A DNA stretch of 64,000 nucleotides from Nitrospirales bacterium (GCA_963555755.3 OY820905.2:992001-1056000), one strand, 5' to 3'. Positions 1 to 10,837 are shown, counted from the stretch's first letter. Notes: generated from the sequence alone by a model not told the origin. Numbers and translations: made by a program.

Positions 1-1
1 G

Positions 2-2368
2 CCCTCCGTCCAGCTGATCGCCGCGTCGGCTGATTCTGCGGAGGCGCATGTAGATCTGTCCACGCCGATCGCTATTTCCTCTAGGCCCAAATGGACCGGC
101 TATCTGGAATTCCTCGGCAAACCGGGCACGGCCCGCAGCATCGGGCAGCCCGACCTCTTTCTCCCCGTGCTCCAGGATGCCAACGACCTGACCTTCTTCA
201 ACCTGCGTGGCCAATTGCAGTTTGATCATACCGACAACAGCGAGTACAACGTCGGTCTCGGCCATCGCCATATGTTTCAGGAGTGGATCTTCGGGGGCTA
301 CGGCTACTTTGACCATCGTAACACCCAATACGGCAGTCAGTTTAATCAGTTCACCGGTGGGCTGGAAGCCTTAAGCGTCAACTGGGCCATGCGCGTCAAC
401 GGCTATCTCCCCGAAAACAAGACCACCACCTTCACCGGCGATGCGAACATGAGCGTGATTACCCCCGGCGATCAGATCAAAATCCAGGTCAACGGACTCA
501 TCCAGGAAAAAGCGTTGCCGGGGGTGGATGGGGAGGTGGGCTACATGCTCCCGCTGCCGTGGGCGACGGACGACCAACTGATTCACGAAACCTGGCTGTT
601 TGTGGGGGGCTATCACTTTTTTGGGCAAGACCAGTTTGCGTCGATCTCGGGTCCGCGGGGGCGGCTGGAAATGCGGATCTATGATCTTCCCGTGCTGGGC
701 CCGGGCTCGCGGTTTATGATGGGGGTGGAGGGGCAATACGACGAGCCGCGGGGCGGCCAGGCCTTCGGGCTGGTGTCGTTGCGGATCCCGTTCGACGTGT
801 TTGCGGACACGAGCCGTCGGCGGGCGCTGACCGGGCTGGATCGCCGGATGGTGCAACCAATCATTCGGGACGTGGATGTGGTGGCCGGGGAGGTGGATAT
901 GCCGATGGAAACGTTGCCGGCGCTGAATCAAGCAGGGGACGCGTATACGAAATACGTGGAGGTGGATGTCACGGATCAAGCGGAGGTGCAGGGGGCGCTG
1001 AATACTGCCAACGACCCGGCGGAGGTCACCCTGATTATCCCCAAAATGAATGGCGGGACGATCTCGCTCGACAGCCTCCTGACCCTGCACGAGGGCCAAA
1101 CGCTGGGGGGTGAGAATTTGACCGTGTCTTATAATAGTTCGACGCTGGGGTTCGGCAAGATCGGGTATAACCCGGGTGGGGCGATAGCCGGGTTAAAGGC
1201 AAGCGAAGTTTGGGTGGGGAATCGTCTGATTGACATGGCGCCTGACACTGAAATCAACGGGCTGACGCTGGATGCGACCGAGAAACCAGACTACGTCTTG
1301 CGGGTTAATATGACTGGCAACAAGGATGCCCCGGGGACCCGGTGGGTGGCCTATAGCCACCTCAAAGATTCCGTGGAGCAGGTCCTCTGGGCCCGAGGCC
1401 TTGGCGCCGACATCAGAATTGACTACAGTCGGATCTCTGGTGGTCTGAGAGGCGTTCAGCTCTGGGAGGCCACGGTTCACATCAGCAATAGTCGCATCTA
1501 TGACAATGATCAGCAGGGCCTAGTGGGCTACAAGGATAGTCAGCTAACAGTCTCTGACAGTCGCATCTATGACAACGGTACCGATGGAATAGAAGTCTAT
1601 AACGGTGCCACGGCCAACATTTTTAGAAGTTATATCTACGACAATGGTCACCGTGGCGTAGACAGCCACAGTGGCGGTACCACTATCAACATCTTTAATA
1701 GTTATATCTATGACAATAGTCACGAAGGCGTATTCGTCACCGCTGGCGCCATGGCGAATATCGAGGACACCATCATTACTCAGAATGGGTGGGACGGCGT
1801 GAGTACCTACATTGGTGCCAATTTCCTCGCGGGTAATATCAGCATCAAAAGGAGCGTCATCTCCAACAATGGCCGCTATGGCGTAGCCTCCCGATATGGG
1901 AGCACCGTGACTATCGAGGACAGTGTCGTGACCGGCAATGGATACTATGGTCTGCTCGCGGAGTCGTGGGCGGGCGACGTGTTGCCGGTTGACGGGTCGG
2001 GGGGCAACCCGCCTTTGGGCCCTGAAAGATTTCAGGATCTCCCCAGCAGCATCCTCAAGGCTACGAATGTGATCGTATCCGGGAATGGCAGGAAGAAGGC
2101 CGGCGGCGGGTATGGCGTGCTCAACCGAGGTGGGGAGATAACGCTCATCCAGAGCCGGGTCTTTGACAATGAGGGTGAAGATTATCGGAATGAGGCAGGT
2201 CTCCTTCGCCAGGACAGCCCGGAGTTTGTGGATTTCCTAGGCAAAAGAGGGGATGACAACGATGGCTGTCTCCGGCACGATGGCACAATAACGGTCGATG
2301 GGCACTTAATTGGTGCCCCGCTCATTGTGCTCCCTGATCCTGGTTGTACGGTGTGGCCCTCCCCCTAA
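2..2368 (+). CDS. Inverse-autotransporter (invasin/intimin-type) beta-barrel protein with right-handed beta-helix passenger; 5' end lies outside the window
   Basis: Frame is open from base 2 (upstream of the 167 call). N-terminal part has NVGLGHR / FGGYGYFD / QFTGGLE / RVNGYLP / GVDGEVGY beta-barrel motifs; C-terminal part has repeated 'SxIYDNxxxGI/V' parallel beta-helix turns. Confidence 0.75.
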   Translation, partial: PSVQLIAASADSAEAHVDLSTPIAISSRPKWTGYLEFLGKPGTARSIGQPDLFLPVLQDANDLTFFNLRGQLQFDHTDNSEYNVGLGHRHMFQEWIFGGYGYFDHRNTQYGSQFNQFTGGLEALSVNWAMRVNGYLPENKTTTFTGDANMSVITPGDQIKIQVNGLIQEKALPGVDGEVGYMLPLPWATDDQLIHETWLFVGGYHFFGQDQFASISGPRGRLEMRIYDLPVLGPGSRFMMGVEGQYDEPRGGQAFGLVSLRIPFDVFADTSRRRALTGLDRRMVQPIIRDVDVVAGEVDMPMETLPALNQAGDAYTKYVEVDVTDQAEVQGALNTANDPAEVTLIIPKMNGGTISLDSLLTLHEGQTLGGENLTVSYNSSTLGFGKIGYNPGGAIAGLKASEVWVGNRLIDMAPDTEINGLTLDATEKPDYVLRVNMTGNKDAPGTRWVAYSHLKDSVEQVLWARGLGADIRIDYSRISGGLRGVQLWEATVHISNSRIYDNDQQGLVGYKDSQLTVSDSRIYDNGTDGIEVYNGATANIFRSYIYDNGHRGVDSHSGGTTINIFNSYIYDNSHEGVFVTAGAMANIEDTIITQNGWDGVSTYIGANFLAGNISIKRSVISNNGRYGVASRYGSTVTIEDSVVTGNGYYGLLAESWAGDVLPVDGSGGNPPLGPERFQDLPSSILKATNVIVSGNGRKKAGGGYGVLNRGGEITLIQSRVFDNEGEDYRNEAGLLRQDSPEFVDFLGKRGDDNDGCLRHDGTITVDGHLIGAPLIVLPDPGCTVWPSP

Positions 2369-2373
2369 CGGGC

Positions 2374-2515
2374 CAATGGCATTCGGTTAAGGCGAAATCA
2401 CAAAAAATTATAAAAAGTAAAAAAATTTTATCCTAATAAAACAACATGTTATAAAAATAGAAAAAGTTAAAAGTATCGACTTTTAGGCGATTTTACGCTT
2501 AAGCGAATGCCATTG
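2374..2515. mobile_element. 142-bp AT-rich MITE with IS4-like ends
   Basis: TIRs caatggcattcggttaag / cttaagcgaatgccattg (17/18); 10-bp TSD cctaacgggc at 2364-2373 and 2516-2525, which contains the upstream gene's TAA stop. Confidence 0.85.
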
Positions 2516-2858
2516 CCTAACGGGCCTCCCCAACGGGACGACCCGCGTGTCGTTTTCACGTCTGGTCGAGCACCGGCTACAGCCCTCCCTATCGTACAGG
2601 AGGACGGCCTGGGAACATGCTGCACCGATGTGCCAGCGGCCTCGGACCCACCTTTGGGCCGTGTGGCATGATACCCCTTGACCCTGAATGACTCACCGAG
2701 TTGTTACTGTTGGCGTGGCAACGGGAATAGGAATTGTAAAAGGCCTTTTTGAGTCAACAGCAAAGTGCCAAAGATCCCGTTGTGGGGTTAATCTCCCACC
2801 TCCAGAGCCTGCCAGGCGTGAGTTCACCCTGCGCGAAGGGCCTGACTGGCTCTTTTCC

Positions 2859-3212
2859 GGATCAATCTCAATTTTGGTGGAGGTAGGCTAAACTCTATTA
2901 CGCATGGCCCGTAGCACACGTTGTCCGTTGTCATTTCGACCCTTGGAGGAACTCTCCCCCATTCCAACCCGGGTCACGTTCTCTCGGGCCAAGAGATTTC
3001 TCCTTGCACTCAAAATGATAGAAGGGAGCCTTCTGGTTGTTCCTCCAACCAGACTTGCTTTTTATCCCTTCCCCCTCTTGTCATTTCGACCCTTGGGAGA
3101 AATCTCGCCATTCCCGCCACACCTGAACAGGCTGTGCCCCCTCAACACGATCCCCATGACCTGCGGCGGGCCATGGAATAGGTCCCAATTCCACCAAAAT
3201 TGCAACTGGTCC
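2859..3212. mobile_element. MITE, GGATCA-TTGCAA family
   Basis: Ends ggatcaatctcaattttggtgga ... tccaccaaaattgcaactggtcc; 8-bp TSD tcttttcc; interior similar to 62145-62499. Confidence 0.85.
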
Positions 3213-3381
3213 TCTTTTCCCATGAATCAGGCCCAGCATGTGGCTGGCCTGTCTGCCGTAGCCGCGCCGTCGGCAAAGCAACTATGGCGCGTCGGCGACC
3301 TGGCGAAGGCTGGCGGCTTTATTCAACATCCCCCCCCCACACCTAGTGAAGAGTCAACTGCCCGATTCAATTCCGACAGGG

Positions 3382-3665
3382 TTAACTGTTTTGTGACTGT
3401 TGCCTCAATTTGTTGATGGCTTTGTGGCGAAAGCAGTCGGTGGTGTGGTCGTTGACCATTCCGGTGGCTTGCATGAAGGCGTAGCAGATGGTGGTGCCGA
3501 CGAAGGAGAAGCCTCGTCGCTTGAGGTCTTTGCTCATCGCGTCGGATTCGGTGGTATGGGCAGGCACGTCTTGTAGAGATTTCCATCGATTGTGGATCGG
3601 TCGGCCTTTGACGAATTGCCAAATATATTCATCAAAGCTTCCGATTTCCTGTTGGGTGGCTAGGA
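3382..3665 (-). pseudogene. tag: DNA-3-methyladenine glycosylase I, C-terminal half only
   Basis: SFDEYIWQFV...MSKDLKRRGFSFVGTTICYAFMQATGMVNDHTTDCF is the Tag C-terminus; it is cut at an IS end at 3666 and the N-terminal half is not in the window. Confidence 0.88.
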
Positions 3666-3748
3666 CTGCCATTTCCCCATAAATAAAGACTGGACAATCT
3701 CATTCATCCTCCAGCAACGCGAACCCCAGGCACATGAACTAAAACTCC

Positions 3749-4747
3749 CCTGCATACCCGGTTGACACCACTAACCACAAGGGATAGTATTTAATGTACG
3801 TATGCGGCAATATCCGAGGACTATTGGAGAATTGCTAAAGCGTTTTCCGGACGAGGCATCCTGCCGTGATTATTTGGAAAAGATCCGGTGGCCAAGTGGA
3901 GTCCAATGTCCGCGATGTCAATCTCTGCGTCTGTGGAGGAGAATGAACCGCCCCGTTCTCAAGTGCGCTGATTGCGATTTCCAAATTTCTATCTTGGCTG
4001 GAACAATGTTCCAAGACACCAAAATTTCCCTGGCAATGTGGTTCCAAGCCATCTGGTGGCTCACGAATCAAAAAACGGGTATCAGTGCGATTGGCTTACA
4101 GCGGGCAGTGGGAATGACGCGCCACGAAACGGCATGGAGAATATTGCACAAACTACGCATCGCCATGGTTCGCCCCCATCAGGATCGTTTGTCTGGAGCA
4201 ATAGAGGTAGATGAAGTGTGCCTCGGTGGGGAAAACAATAAGCAGCTTATCGGAGTTGCTGCGCAAATTGATGGCAAGAAGACGGGCAGAATCCGCATGG
4301 AGAAAATTACCGATCGATCAGGCCCTGTACTACAGGGCTTTGTCGCAAAATACATCAATCCAGGAAGCACCGTCGTCACCGATGGACTGAATAGTTATTG
4401 GGGGGTGACGAATCAGGGCTATATTCATATGCCCATGAAAAAACCATATTCGTGGGAAGAAAAAGGGGGCGATGCCGATGAACTATTGCCGCGCGTTCAC
4501 CGGGTTGCCTCGCTCCTCAAGCGCTGGTACTACGGAACATATCACGGCAGAATTGATCCTATGAACCTGGATACCTATCTCAATGAATTCACGTTTCGAT
4601 TGAACAGACGCACCTCCACTTCGAGGGGCTTGCTTTTTTACCGTGTCCTTGAAAATGCCGTTGCCAAAGATCCCAGCCCCTATGCACCCCAAAAGATGCG
4701 CTAAGATACTACCCCTTGTATGTAGTGGCGTCAACCGGGTATGCAGG
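3749..4747 (+). mobile_element. IS1595-family insertion sequence (ISSod11-like ends)
   Basis: TIRs cctgcatacccggttgac / gtcaaccgggtatgcagg; near-TSD aaaactcc / gaaactcc. Confidence 0.88.
3802..4704 (+). CDS. IS1595-family transposase
   Basis: RWPSGVQCPRC...CADC zinc ribbon, EVDE, VVTDG and YLNEFTFRLNRR motifs. Confidence 0.92.
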   Translation: MRQYPRTIGELLKRFPDEASCRDYLEKIRWPSGVQCPRCQSLRLWRRMNRPVLKCADCDFQISILAGTMFQDTKISLAMWFQAIWWLTNQKTGISAIGLQRAVGMTRHETAWRILHKLRIAMVRPHQDRLSGAIEVDEVCLGGENNKQLIGVAAQIDGKKTGRIRMEKITDRSGPVLQGFVAKYINPGSTVVTDGLNSYWGVTNQGYIHMPMKKPYSWEEKGGDADELLPRVHRVASLLKRWYYGTYHGRIDPMNLDTYLNEFTFRLNRRTSTSRGLLFYRVLENAVAKDPSPYAPQKMR

Positions 4748-4957
4748 GAAACTCCGTATATCCCCGCCACAGGAGTTGATGACCTGGTGGCGGGTCGTTG
4801 TTACGTCCGAGATAGCCTCCGATCTTCGCAACCAGTCGCACCGCGTCACCCAACAGCAACGGAGGCTTCAATCGTTTTTTTGTAACTACTCAGGTCAATT
4901 TTCTATAGCCTGATTTTTTTCTGGACTAACGGCTCCACCCATGGCATAATCGGGGCC

Positions 4958-5845
4958 ATGAATGAAGCGATTACATGTCAAGGTCGTCGCCTCCCCCAAT
5001 CTGATCTGTGCTGGTTACGCCATCTGGTTTGCCGGCACCCTGACTGGAGCCGCCATAAAATAACCCAGCATATTTGTCGGCACTGGGGCTGGCAGACCCC
5101 GTCCGGACAACTGAAAACCTTTGCCGCCCGCAGCATGATCGACAAACTCGAACATCGCGGGCTCCTGAAGCTGCCCCCGATTCGTGTCGCCTCTCGACGC
5201 AACATCTTCCCCCCTTTCCGAAAGGGGTTTATGCCTCCCGAAGCCCCGCACATCGACGCAGCTCTCAAGACCCTGACGCCCCTGTCCATTCATATTCCAA
5301 CCTCACATTCCTACGAAGCCAGTTGTGTGGGATATTACCTGAGCCACCATCACTACCTCGGGTTCACCCGAACGGTCGGTGAACATCTCAAGTACCTGGT
5401 GCGGGATCGCTCCGGGCAGGATCTGGCCTGCCTCCTCTTCGGTTCCGCCGCCTGGAAAACCACCCCGCGCGACACCTTTATCGGCTGGGAGCCGGACACC
5501 CGAGCCGCCAACCTCAACTTCATGACCAACAATACCCGCTTTCTCATCCTGCCCTGGGTGCGTGTGCCGCATCTGGCCAGCCATCTCCTGGGCCGGGTCA
5601 TGAGACGTCTCCGGCAGGACTGGATCGAGAAATACGGCCATCCCGTCCACTTGGTGGAGACCTTTGTGGAGCGAGACCGCTTCAAAGGTATCTGCTATCA
5701 GGCCGCGAACTGGCTCTATGTCGGGCAGACCAAAGGCCGGTCCCGGCAGGACCGTGACAAGGCTCTGCGCGTGCCGGTGAAGGCAATTTATCTCTATCCC
5801 CTCATCCGCCACTTCCGACAGGCCCTCTGCCGGAGCAAGCCATGA
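4958..5845 (+). CDS. DUF4338 domain protein (DruA-like domain)
   Basis: HHYLG, GEHLKYLV, FGSAAW, RDTFIGW, NNTRFLILPWV, LVETFV, GICYQAANW, GQTKGR motifs; stop overlaps the transposase start (ATGA). Confidence 0.85.
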   Translation: MNEAITCQGRRLPQSDLCWLRHLVCRHPDWSRHKITQHICRHWGWQTPSGQLKTFAARSMIDKLEHRGLLKLPPIRVASRRNIFPPFRKGFMPPEAPHIDAALKTLTPLSIHIPTSHSYEASCVGYYLSHHHYLGFTRTVGEHLKYLVRDRSGQDLACLLFGSAAWKTTPRDTFIGWEPDTRAANLNFMTNNTRFLILPWVRVPHLASHLLGRVMRRLRQDWIEKYGHPVHLVETFVERDRFKGICYQAANWLYVGQTKGRSRQDRDKALRVPVKAIYLYPLIRHFRQALCRSKP

Positions 5846-7290
5846 CCTTCACCCGCGACGCACTCCTCATCCTGGCCAAGAGCAACCCCGAGGCGCTCGT
5901 CGAACTGATCCTGGCGCTGCAGGAACAGGGGCAGGCGCTGACCACGCATGTCACCGAACTGGCACAGCGGCTCGACCAACACAGTCGCAACAGCAGCAAA
6001 CCGCCCTCGTCCGATGGACCGGCCAAGCCCCGAACCAAGAGCCTGCGCATACCTTCCGGGAAAAAGCCGGGCGGCCAACAGGGACATGCCGGCCAGACGT
6101 TAAAACAGGTGGAAACCCCAGACCACCTGGTCCACCTGCCTGTTCACTCCTGTTCCTGCCATGCCGACCTCACCAACGAGACGGTCACCGGCTATGAACG
6201 CCGGCAGCTCTTTGAACTGCCGGAGCCAAAACTCGACGTCACCGAATATCGGGGAGCAATCAAAACCTGCCCCCAATGCGGCCGCTCGGTCACGGCGTCA
6301 TTTCCTGATGACCTGCCTGCGCCGGCACAGTACGGTCCCAGATTTCGCAGCCTCCTGGTCTACCTCCAGAACCAACAGTTGATCCCCTTACGCCGTGTCA
6401 GCCAGATGATGGCTGATCTGTATGGCGCCTCGGTCAGCGACGCCACCATTGACGAGGCCTCCCGCCGAAGTTATGAGCACCTCGCGCCGTTCGAGACTGC
6501 GGTCAAAGAAGCGCTCGGCAAGAGTCCCATCCTCCATGCCGATGAAAGCGGCGTCCGCACGGCCGGGACGCTCCACTGGCTCCACAGTGCCAGCACGGCC
6601 ACGTTGACCTTTTACGGTGTGCACGCCAAACGGGGAAGAGAGGCGATCGAGCAGTTCCAGATCCTCCCGGATTTTGCTGGCCGCCTGATCCACGATTTCT
6701 GGAAACCCTATCTCTCCTATGACTGTGCCCACGGCCTCTGTAACGCCCATCATTTGCGGGAACTCACGTGCCTGTTCGAGCAGCACGAACAACCATGGGC
6801 CAAACACATGTTTGACCTGTTGCTGACGATGAACGTGTTTGTCAGCAAGCAACTCGCACAGTTAACGGAAGAACAGAAAACCCCCTGGCTGAAACAATAC
6901 AGGGATCTTCTCACCCTCGGATGGCAGGCCAACCCCCTTCCGGCACCGCCACAGAAAAAGTCACGAGGCCGGCCCAAAAAGACCAAGGCCCAAAATCTCC
7001 TCACCCGTCTTGGCGAGCATGAAGCCTCCGTGCTCGCGTTCCTCCATGACAGACAGGTTCCCTTCACTAATAATCTGGCAGAACAGGATATCCGCATGAT
7101 CAAGCTCCGCCTCAAAATATCCGGGTGTTTTCGAACGCTTCAAGGCGCGAGGCAGTTCGCCCGCATACGAAGCTACCTTTCTACCGCGAGAAAGCAGGGC
7201 GGCAACATGCTGCAAGCCATTTCACAAGCCATGATCGGCCACCCCTTTATGCCTGCACAATTCACTACAAAGATCATCACACCTGAGTAG
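5842..7290 (+). CDS. IS66-family transposase (TnpC-like)
   Basis: NSSKPPSSD, GGQQGHAG, CPQCG, HADESG, CNAHHLREL, TNNLAEQDIR, KISGCFR motifs. Confidence 0.92.
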   Translation: MTFTRDALLILAKSNPEALVELILALQEQGQALTTHVTELAQRLDQHSRNSSKPPSSDGPAKPRTKSLRIPSGKKPGGQQGHAGQTLKQVETPDHLVHLPVHSCSCHADLTNETVTGYERRQLFELPEPKLDVTEYRGAIKTCPQCGRSVTASFPDDLPAPAQYGPRFRSLLVYLQNQQLIPLRRVSQMMADLYGASVSDATIDEASRRSYEHLAPFETAVKEALGKSPILHADESGVRTAGTLHWLHSASTATLTFYGVHAKRGREAIEQFQILPDFAGRLIHDFWKPYLSYDCAHGLCNAHHLRELTCLFEQHEQPWAKHMFDLLLTMNVFVSKQLAQLTEEQKTPWLKQYRDLLTLGWQANPLPAPPQKKSRGRPKKTKAQNLLTRLGEHEASVLAFLHDRQVPFTNNLAEQDIRMIKLRLKISGCFRTLQGARQFARIRSYLSTARKQGGNMLQAISQAMIGHPFMPAQFTTKIITPE

Positions 7291-7294
7291 TTAC

Positions 7295-9209
7295 GTTTTT
7301 TTTAGCGTAGGCGTGCAAGGTCCGCAATTCAATGTCCGAGAACAGCACCTCGGCCGGCAATTCCGGGGTTTCTCTCCCCAGAAGGGTCATGAGCATAATC
7401 CGCCAGGCAATGACAAGGTTAATGGCAATCGCCCGACACAAACGTTCTGCACTCTCGTGAGCGATCTCCTCAATGCGACAGCCGGATTTCAGCACGCGGT
7501 GCCAGTCTTCGATACGCCATCGCAGAGCGTACCAGCGCAGGCACTGTTCGGCCTCCGCGGCCGAGGAGATATCGATCGTTGTCAGCAGGAACCACTCAAC
7601 GGGCTCAGCCGTTGCCGGCGGGTGCTCTTCCAGCGCATGAACCACCCAGATATCGATGGGTTCCTTGGCGGCGTGGTCGTGTGCCGGACGAAGTTGGATT
7701 CGCCTAGCGCGTACCGCCATATCCGCCGTACGCCCGGCCCGCTTGGGTCGAGCCTGTTGTTTGCTTCTCTTAGGCCGGGCGCTCTGTCGTGGGAGGTGTA
7801 CGCGAATCCGACTCTGAACGGGCGCCTGACGAATGGCGGTGAACAGTTTGAAGGGTTCTTCGGTGATGGTGCGGTTCTGCTTGGCACGGACCAGTAGGCC
7901 AACGCGAGGGTGTTGGCGTTGCTCGTCGAACATGTCGAAGAAGTCCGCTTCCCGGTCGCACACGTCGATCAGGCGCGTCTGAGGCATTTCGGACGCCAGT
8001 TCAACCAGATCGCGGTGCTGCGCAATCCAGTTGAAGGTCTTCTTCTCCTCGATCGGAATGGCGAACGCGGGCCGATCATCTTCCGGTGCTCTGCTTTTGG
8101 GGGCTGTGCACTGAGCACGCAGCACTCCCAAGGGTAGTCCGTTCGGGGCGATCGCCAACATGGAGTGCAAATGGAGTCCGCGGCTCTTTGCACCGGTCTG
8201 GTTGGTGCCAATCTCACCCAGCCCTTCACAGTGATCCAGGTTGGTGTATTCCAAATCGCTGCCGTCCTGCACACACAGCACGGTCTTTTGTCCCTTCATC
8301 CGCCGCACGGTGCGCCTGCGGTGCGGCCTCAGGATGTTGGGCATGGTGATTGCCGAGTCCTCCGGCTGGTCGATCATGCGGTAATAAGCCTTGACCGCCG
8401 CCCAATCGCCCTTGGCCACGCCGCTAAAGGCGCGGCCCGGCACTTCGGCTTTGGCTGCCGCCACGGTTACCAGCCTTTTGCTCAGCCGAGCATCGCCTAG
8501 GGGGGCGCCGCCGAACTCGTGTTCCGCCCAAAGATCTCCCCCCAAACCGTCTGCCGGATTCAACGGACTAAGCCCGGCATTCGGGGGCAACCCCATTCGC
8601 TCCCGAAAGTCGGTCTCGATGGGGTAGACATAAATCGCTTTGGCGCTCAGCGCCGACTGTTTGAAGCGATCTTGTCTGCCGCGCCCCTTGGTCTTCCCCA
8701 CCGCGATCCAGTTCGCCGCCCGATAGCAGGCCCCCGAATAGTGACGGGTGTCGACAAAACTCTCGACCAACCAGGGCTTATAGCCGAACTGGCGCTCAAA
8801 ATCATCGGGCAAAGTCGCAAGACTCATACTCAGCACTTTCGAAGCCAGGTTGCGGCATGGCACGCTCGGACGAAGCAGAAAACGGCTCATCCCCACCACA
8901 CAATGCAGATGGGCTCGGCGCTGCTCGGCATCCCAGCCGATCCACGTGTCACGGTCGGCCAGCTGCAGAGCCGCTGCGGCAAATCCAAATCCGCCCAGCC
9001 AACCATGGTGTGACCCGATGAGGTAGCGCAGCTGCCGCCCGACGAGAGGCCCCGCCCCTTGAGGATGTTCGTTGATCATCAGCTCATTCCATATCCGCAT
9101 CTGCTCGGATGTGCTCACCCGTACCAGCTCCAATCCTTGGACCTTCCCGGCTTGAGACGGAACCGCTACGGCCAAAGGTACCGGCGCCAATAAACGCCGG
9201 GGAGAACTG
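7295..9209 (-). pseudogene. DUF4338-IS4(Tn5-like) transposase fusion, main fragment
   Basis: N-part: GRQLRYLI, RDTWIGW, LVESFVD, GACYRAANW (DUF4338). C-part: LGDARL, VQDGS, DREAD, Y-x2-RW-x-IEDWHRVLKSGC (Tn5-type). The first ~14 residues of the ORF-track call come from the IS3 end. Confidence 0.85.
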
Positions 9210-9270
9210 TGTAGTGGTCTAGTTGAATGGGACACCTGGAAAAGGGACAATACCCATCAGGAGGGGTTCA

Positions 9271-9567
9271 ATGGAAACAAGACGACGACAGTACACAGCC
9301 GCGTTCAAGCGCGACGCCGTGGCCCTGGTTATGGAACAAGGCTATACCCTGACCCTAGCCGGCCAGAATTTAGGGATCACGGCCAAATTGCTCTCGCGCT
9401 GGAAGCGCGAACAGCAGCACCATCAGGACGCGGCCTTCCCCGGCCAGGGGCATCAGACGCCCGAGCAATCCGAATTACGCATGTTACGCGAGGACAATCA
9501 GCGCCTACGGATGGAGCGCGACATCTTAAAAACAGCGACGGCCTTCTTCGCCACCCACAACATCTGA
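9271..9567 (+). CDS. IS3 OrfA (HTH)
   Basis: RRQYTAAFKRDAV...LSRWKR...LRMERDILKTATAFFA. Confidence 0.85.
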   Translation: METRRRQYTAAFKRDAVALVMEQGYTLTLAGQNLGITAKLLSRWKREQQHHQDAAFPGQGHQTPEQSELRMLREDNQRLRMERDILKTATAFFATHNI

Positions 9568-10457
9568 GATATCCCTTCATTCACCGTGAACGGCAGACGT
9601 ATCCTGTCCGGCTGCGCTGTGCCGTCTTCGAGGTGAGTGCCAGTGGGTATTATCGGTTTGTGCAACGTGGAGGAGGCCGGGCGCAGGCAGATCCAGCGCT
9701 GATTCTTCAGGTTCAGCAACTCCATCGGGCCTCTCGTCGCAGCTAGGGCTCGCGCCGACTGAGTCAGGCCTTGCAACAGGCTGGGCATGCGATCGGTCGC
9801 GATCGGACACGGACCCTGATGCGCCAGGCGAATCTGAAGCCCACGGGCACAGGGCGGTGTCCGCAGACGACGGATAGCCGCCATGCCTTGCCCCTTGCCC
9901 CTAATATACTCAACCGGCAATTTACGGTCGCGGCGCCTAATCGAGTGTGGGGCAGTGATATCACCGCCCTCTGGACCCAGGAAGGGTGGCTGTATCTCGC
10001 GATTGTGGTGGAGCTGTTTTCCCGCAAAGTCGTGGGCGGGGCCTGTGCGGCCTCCATGGCGACGTGCTGAGTCTCGCAGGCCTTGCAGATGGCCATGGGG
10101 CAACGTCACCCCAAGCCAGGGTTGCTCCATCACTCGGATCGCGGCAGTCAGTATGCCAGTGCGGAGTATCAACAGCAGCTCCGGAACGCCGAGATGGGGT
10201 GCAGTATGAGTCGGAAGGGCAATTGCTATGACAATGCGGTTGTGGAACGGGTATTCCGGAGCCTGAAAGAAGAAGGCTTCACGGAGGAACCACCCGACAC
10301 ACGGGCCGAGGCCACGCTAAGCGTGATTGATTACCTGGCGATGTTTTATAATAGTGAGCGGCTTCACTCGACCTTGGGCTATCAGAGTCCCAATACGTTT
10401 GAGGCACAGGCGGCGAAGACCGATCAAGGGAATACTCCAGTATCAACCAAACCGTGA
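9564..10457 (+). pseudogene. IS3 OrfB integrase-core transposase with in-frame stops
   Basis: PNRVWGSDIT, GWLYLA, HHSDRGSQY, GNCYDNAVVE, RLHSTLGY motifs, split by TAG (~9744) and TGA (~10068). Confidence 0.85.
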
Positions 10458-10638
10458 TCGGCCAGTGAGAGGCAAATAGGGACGACAAATTTTTCCCACA
10501 CCCAGGCCAAATCCTCAGCGAGGGCCGTCTGGGCTTATTCACACAATCCCCTTTTCTCCCTGTCCATTTTCACTGGACCACTACATGCGGTCAAATCTTT
10601 GGTTGAGAGTTTCAGATGGAAAGAGGGAGACTATTCGG

Positions 10639-10776
10639 ATGCCCCGACCTCTCCGCATCGAATATCCGGGCGCGGTCTATCATGTAATGAACCGTGGGCT
10701 AGCCCGACCGCCGGTCTTTCGCGACCCCACCGATTATGACGCCTTTCTTCGGGTGTTGAGTGAGACCCAGAATTAG
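10639..10776 (+). pseudogene. REP-associated tyrosine transposase (RAYT/Y1), N-terminal fragment
   Basis: MPRPLRIEYPGAVYHVMNRG is a typical RAYT start; truncated. Confidence 0.8.
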
Positions 10777-10837
10777 GGACACTGATAAGTTAATAACTTA
10801 ATGGACAACGAGAGGCGACCGGGGCATCGTCCGGACG

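Larger units (their letters stand above)
4882..7294 (+). mobile_element. IS66-family element carrying DUF4338 gene (copy 1)
   Basis: 13-bp perfect TIR gtaactactcagg / cctgagtagttac; 8-bp TSD gttttttt; 2413 bp. Confidence 0.92.
3666..9209 (-). mobile_element. IS4-family (IS50/Tn5-like) element, interrupted by IS1595 and IS66 elements and 5'-truncated by IS3
   Basis: Right end ctgccatttccccata at 3666. The transposase can be followed across the inserts: 9209-7295, then 4881-4756 (KRLKPP...AKIGGYLGRNNDPPPGHQLLWRGY), then 3748-3700 (FMCLGFALLEDE*). Confidence 0.8.
9210..10585 (+). mobile_element. IS3-family element, degenerate
   Basis: TG...CA TIRs tgtagtggtctagttgaatgggaca / tgtccattttcactggaccactaca; no TSD seen. 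Confidence 0.88.

Noticed and set aside
2904..3416. ORFs over MITEs and repeats (also 20727-21725, 22669-23393, 46641-47075, 48662-49203, 56536-56955, 62017-62722)
   Set aside because: They translate palindromic non-coding repeats; no protein motifs apart from the Vsr-like fragment listed.
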